Shown here: positions 34,308-37,396 of the stretch, piece after piece | Layout of the letters: every line of letters begins with the position of its first letter | Numbering within the stretch: position 1 is the first letter of the stretch | Assembly (NCBI GenBank): GCA_011380095.1 | Contig: DSAL01000063.1 | Coordinates: 1 to 37,396 of the forward strand | Source of the DNA: Candidatus Altiarchaeales archaeon | GTDB taxonomy: Archaea; Altiarchaeota; Altiarchaeia; IMC4; SCGC-AAA252-I15 | DNA length: 37,396 nt | Direction of reading: 5' to 3' | The notes under the pieces: model-generated | Databases searched by the model: none | The model's input: the letters and a program-made list of their open reading frames with translations, nothing else | Told to the model about the DNA's origin: nothing | Program-made: the position numbers and the translations under genes

Positions 34308-36257
34308 ATGTTTAGAATGGCGCAAGAGTTGGGTTTCAGACGGCTGGCTTATGTCGACGTGTTTCGCGGGTTCGCCCTACTCTACATGGTAGTCTGCCAC
34401 CTCTTCACATACTTCTCGGACAAGAGCGTCTACACTTCAAAACCATACTACATTCCCGCGCTAAACATTCCGACACTGCTTCCGCCACCCTACATGTTTT
34501 TCGTGGTCGCCGGAATGAGCGTCTGGCTCATGCTGGAAAAAAGAAGGGATGAAGGATGCTCGGGGATTACGTTGGCGTGGAAAGGAATCAGAAGATACGG
34601 CATATATGTTTTGATCAGCCTGCCTTTCACATGGTTCATGTTCGGCCTAAACGCCTATTTCACGTGGGCTGAGGCGATACAAGGGATAGGACTTGCGGCT
34701 GTAGTCATAGCATCAATACTTTCTTTCAAAAGATTCAAGTCAGAAACGCTTCTTCTCGCGTCAATCATCATCTACTCGCTAAAAGACGTTTTGTCTTCAA
34801 CATCGATTGCGTGGAGCGTTCCCTACAATCTTGAAGGCGGAATAACCGCCTCAATCCTCGGCCTGCTATTCAACATGACGTTCCGCGGATGGTTCAGTCT
34901 CGTGAGCGCGGCCCCCATGCTTTTGGCGGGCGTCGCATTCATCCAATGGTTCACGCGCGGAGAATCCAAAAAAGTTTTTCAGGCTGGAGTCTTGTTTTTC
35001 GCAACAGCAATGCTCCTGCAGATAATCGGGTTTCCTGCGAATTATTACGAGAGAAACTGGCCGACGATATTTTACATAATAGGGATATCGGCTCTCGCAT
35101 GCACTCTGCTGCACCATCTTGTGGAGGAGAAAAACTGGGGTGGGAAACTAAAGCCCGTGAGCCTGTACGGATTCTTCAGCCTCTACATCTACCTCGGCCA
35201 CTTCCTGTTCATCGTAAAACCGCTTGAGATAACAGGAATGCTCGGCGCCTTCAACGAGATTTCAGGATGGATTCTGGCCGCGATGGCGACAACACTTCTT
35301 TACGCGCTCGCCGAAGTCTACACCGCACGTAAAAAGAAAGTGGGTTTCAAACTGTTGAATACTTTAGATTTTCTGCAGGCGACCATAGTAGTAGTAGTCT
35401 TGATTTATGCTACCGGATTCGTCCTAAACGGCTTTTCGACCGGCGAAAAAATCCTTGTTGTCTGCGCCCACCCGGATGATGAGACGTTCGGCGCTGGTGG
35501 CGTGATAATCAAAAACGTGCTGGCTGGAAATCATGTGAAGATTCTGATGTTCACGGACGGTTCGCCCTCAGAATTCGGGGGAACACGAGAATACGCAAAA
35601 CAGAGGCGGATGGAATTGGAGAAGGCAATGTCTGTTGCGGGCGTCGCCAAAAGAGACATAGTATATCTCGGCTATGACGACCTCAACTTCATCTTCGAGC
35701 TCGGAAAAACTGGAATTGACGAAAGCGTGGGGAGGATCGCAGATATTATCCGAGACTACAAGCCAGACAAGATTTACGTCCACGCCTACGACCACGGAAA
35801 CCTCGACCACGACTCCGTCAACTACATCACAGTCCGCGCCATCGAAAAAACAGGCGTTATGGGAATCAAACTCTACGAGTTCACGCAATACACAAAATTC
35901 GGCTACCACACTCCGATTCCGAAAAAATTAAGCGTCGTCGACCATGAAAAATACCCTGTAGTCGAACTCAAGATGACTGCCGCCGAAGAGGATTTGAAGA
36001 AAAAGATGGGGGGCTACTACGTCTCCCAAGACCAGTACGGCGTATGCGACCTCACAACCGACTGGCCAGAACCACGCAAAGAATGCGCAGACTCCATAAA
36101 CAAATTCTTCTACCACAAAGACCTGATACGAAAATACCCGGGCTACGACTACACAAAAAGCCCATGCCTAAACGACTCCTGCAGGCATGTGGAAATCCAT
36201 GGAGGAGTAAACTGGAGCGGATGGTACAGTATAATCCAAGAATACGAAAACCGGTAG
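34308..36257 (+). CDS. Fusion: HGSNAT/DUF1624-like membrane acyltransferase + PIG-L/LmbE deacetylase
   Basis: N-terminal RLAYVDVFRGFALLYMVVCH plus many TM segments; C-terminal LVVCAHPDDETFGAGG, TDG, R..E, NLDH. Confidence 0.82.
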   Translation: MFRMAQELGFRRLAYVDVFRGFALLYMVVCHLFTYFSDKSVYTSKPYYIPALNIPTLLPPPYMFFVVAGMSVWLMLEKRRDEGCSGITLAWKGIRRYGIYVLISLPFTWFMFGLNAYFTWAEAIQGIGLAAVVIASILSFKRFKSETLLLASIIIYSLKDVLSSTSIAWSVPYNLEGGITASILGLLFNMTFRGWFSLVSAAPMLLAGVAFIQWFTRGESKKVFQAGVLFFATAMLLQIIGFPANYYERNWPTIFYIIGISALACTLLHHLVEEKNWGGKLKPVSLYGFFSLYIYLGHFLFIVKPLEITGMLGAFNEISGWILAAMATTLLYALAEVYTARKKKVGFKLLNTLDFLQATIVVVVLIYATGFVLNGFSTGEKILVVCAHPDDETFGAGGVIIKNVLAGNHVKILMFTDGSPSEFGGTREYAKQRRMELEKAMSVAGVAKRDIVYLGYDDLNFIFELGKTGIDESVGRIADIIRDYKPDKIYVHAYDHGNLDHDSVNYITVRAIEKTGVMGIKLYEFTQYTKFGYHTPIPKKLSVVDHEKYPVVELKMTAAEEDLKKKMGGYYVSQDQYGVCDLTTDWPEPRKECADSINKFFYHKDLIRKYPGYDYTKSPCLNDSCRHVEIHGGVNWSGWYSIIQEYENR

Positions 36258-36302
36258 ACTCTAGTATATCACATATTTTAAAGCTAAAGCGTGTAACATT
36301 TC

Positions 36303-36375
36303 ACTCAAACTGTTAACATAGTTTGTATCATGTAGTGTGTTTCGTCCAGCTTCGCGGGACTCAAGCACACATTCC
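36303..36375 (+). ncRNA. Candidate two-hairpin small RNA of unknown class
   Basis: TTTTAA at 36276-36281 upstream; hairpins 36306-36325 and 36335-36370. Confidence 0.35.
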
Positions 36376-36408
36376 AAGTTTTTTAAGCCTCGTGGCGTAA
36401 CATTAAAC

Positions 36409-36466
36409 TGCTTGTGATGATTGATGGGCGAACTGATTCGTGATGATGCGAACAACCACTGAAGCA
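36409..36466 (+). ncRNA. Box C/D guide sRNA targeting the 23S rRNA A-loop (helix 92)
   Basis: C GTGATGA 36414-20, D' CTGA 36433-36, C' GTGATGA 36440-46, D CTGA 36459-62; two 12-nt guides; TGCT/AGCA terminal stem; TATA at 36381-36386. Confidence 0.92.
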
Positions 36467-36485
36467 AAAAAAATAGTCTAAAAAA

Positions 36486-37373
36486 ATGAAGTATGATATC
36501 GAACGGAGCCTGAACCATATCGGCGAGACGAACGCCATCCGCAAACTACTCTGGAGGATGGACGAGAAGGTCGACAAGCTCAGCTTTGGAATACAGCAGG
36601 GCGACGACTGCATCGTAGTCGACGACATGGTATTCAACATGGAAGGACCATACCCCATGAAGATCGGCAGGAAAACCGGCCTCGTCCACAGCTGCAGCGA
36701 CATCGTAGTCATGGGGGGCCGTCCGCTTTTCGCCCTCAACTCCATGCAAGTCGATTCTCTTGAACAGGCTTCGGAAGTCGCGGAAGACATCAAAAAACAA
36801 AGCGAACGCTTGGGCGTGCCCATGGTCGGGGGAAACACCCAGCTTGAAAATGACATTATACCATGCGTCTCGTTCACGGTAGTCGGACGGCTCGTCGGAA
36901 AACCAATAGCCGACGGAGGCGTGCAAGACGGCGACAAGATAATAATGCTCGGAGAAGTCGTGGAAGGCGACATCGGGGAACGATGCTATCGGGCGAAAAC
37001 CAAGTTTGAGACATTCCTCGACATACTCGAAAAAGGCGTTGAAGTCCATGCGGCAAAAGACGCAAGCCGGGGAGGCTGGTTCGGAAACCTGACTGAAATG
37101 CTATTGAAAAGCCAGATGGGAGTCAACGTGACAAGCATCCCATACCCGGACATAAGCCGCTACATGGGCAACTACCTGATAGCGCTTCCCGCCGGTGAAG
37201 TTGAAAAAGTCGTGGGGATAGCCGCCAAACACAAGTGTCCGGTAGTCGAAGTCGGAACCGCGACAAAAAAACAGGAGATATTCTTGGGCGGGGAAGTAGT
37301 GGTGGACGAGAATAAATTCATGGAGTTAATCAAAAACACACCCTACAAAAAACCAAGGACAAAAAAAGAATAA
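36486..37373 (+). CDS. AIR-synthase-related (PurM/ThiL/SelD fold) protein, paralog of 15472-16251
   Basis: GDDC, MEGPYP, SDIVVMGGRP, PMVGGNTQ, KDASRGGW. Confidence 0.83.
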   Translation: MKYDIERSLNHIGETNAIRKLLWRMDEKVDKLSFGIQQGDDCIVVDDMVFNMEGPYPMKIGRKTGLVHSCSDIVVMGGRPLFALNSMQVDSLEQASEVAEDIKKQSERLGVPMVGGNTQLENDIIPCVSFTVVGRLVGKPIADGGVQDGDKIIMLGEVVEGDIGERCYRAKTKFETFLDILEKGVEVHAAKDASRGGWFGNLTEMLLKSQMGVNVTSIPYPDISRYMGNYLIALPAGEVEKVVGIAAKHKCPVVEVGTATKKQEIFLGGEVVVDENKFMELIKNTPYKKPRTKKE

Positions 37374-37396
37374 AAAAAATAATTGTATGTTATACC

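Noticed and set aside
36261..36518. 85-aa minus-strand ORF across the sRNA region
   Set aside because: No recognisable features; the region is better explained by plus-strand promoters and the C/D sRNA
1..37396. Mobile elements, defence island, CRISPR, tRNA/rRNA
   Set aside because: No transposase, integrase, cas gene, repeat-spacer array or tRNA/rRNA sequence recognised; content is mostly housekeeping

Overview
Gene-dense archaeal chromosomal segment. Markers are PCNA, RFC large subunit, class I LysRS, archaeal PheRS-beta N-terminus, type II MetAP, NreA, AglH-like GPT, TATA-type promoters and a C/D box sRNA; the finer lineage cannot be fixed from the sequence alone. No mobile element, tRNA/rRNA or CRISPR array was seen. 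Left to right: four GT4 glycosyltransferases plus an AglH/MraY-like transferase; PadR divergent from ino1 and a CDP-alcohol (archaetidylinositol-phosphate) synthase; a coiled-coil pair; rfcL; an HD dNTPase; tmk; map; class II HMG-CoA reductase; a Lys/Cys-rich orphan; YkgJ plus a PurM/ThiL-fold protein; a TctA-like permease; a degenerate NrdD; NreA; TrkH/TrkA; a half-length PheRS-beta; a membrane-protein/tandem-AAA cluster; argC; PfkB; pyrH; pcn; lysK; an HGSNAT-like/PIG-L fusion; one or two sRNAs; and a second PurM/ThiL-fold protein. Best leads: (1) a cluster of Cys-bearing membrane proteins with a double-AAA ATPase lacking aromatic pore loops in both rings; (2) an NrdD pseudoenzyme with two ATP cones abutting NreA; (3) an acyltransferase-PIG-L fusion, possibly linked to inositol-lipid genes in a GPI-like route; (4) an HD dNTPase with a PIP-box-like tail; (5) a C/D sRNA whose two guides both target the 23S A-loop; (6) a twin palindromic PadR operator at ino1. 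All family calls are from motif recognition, not database searches.
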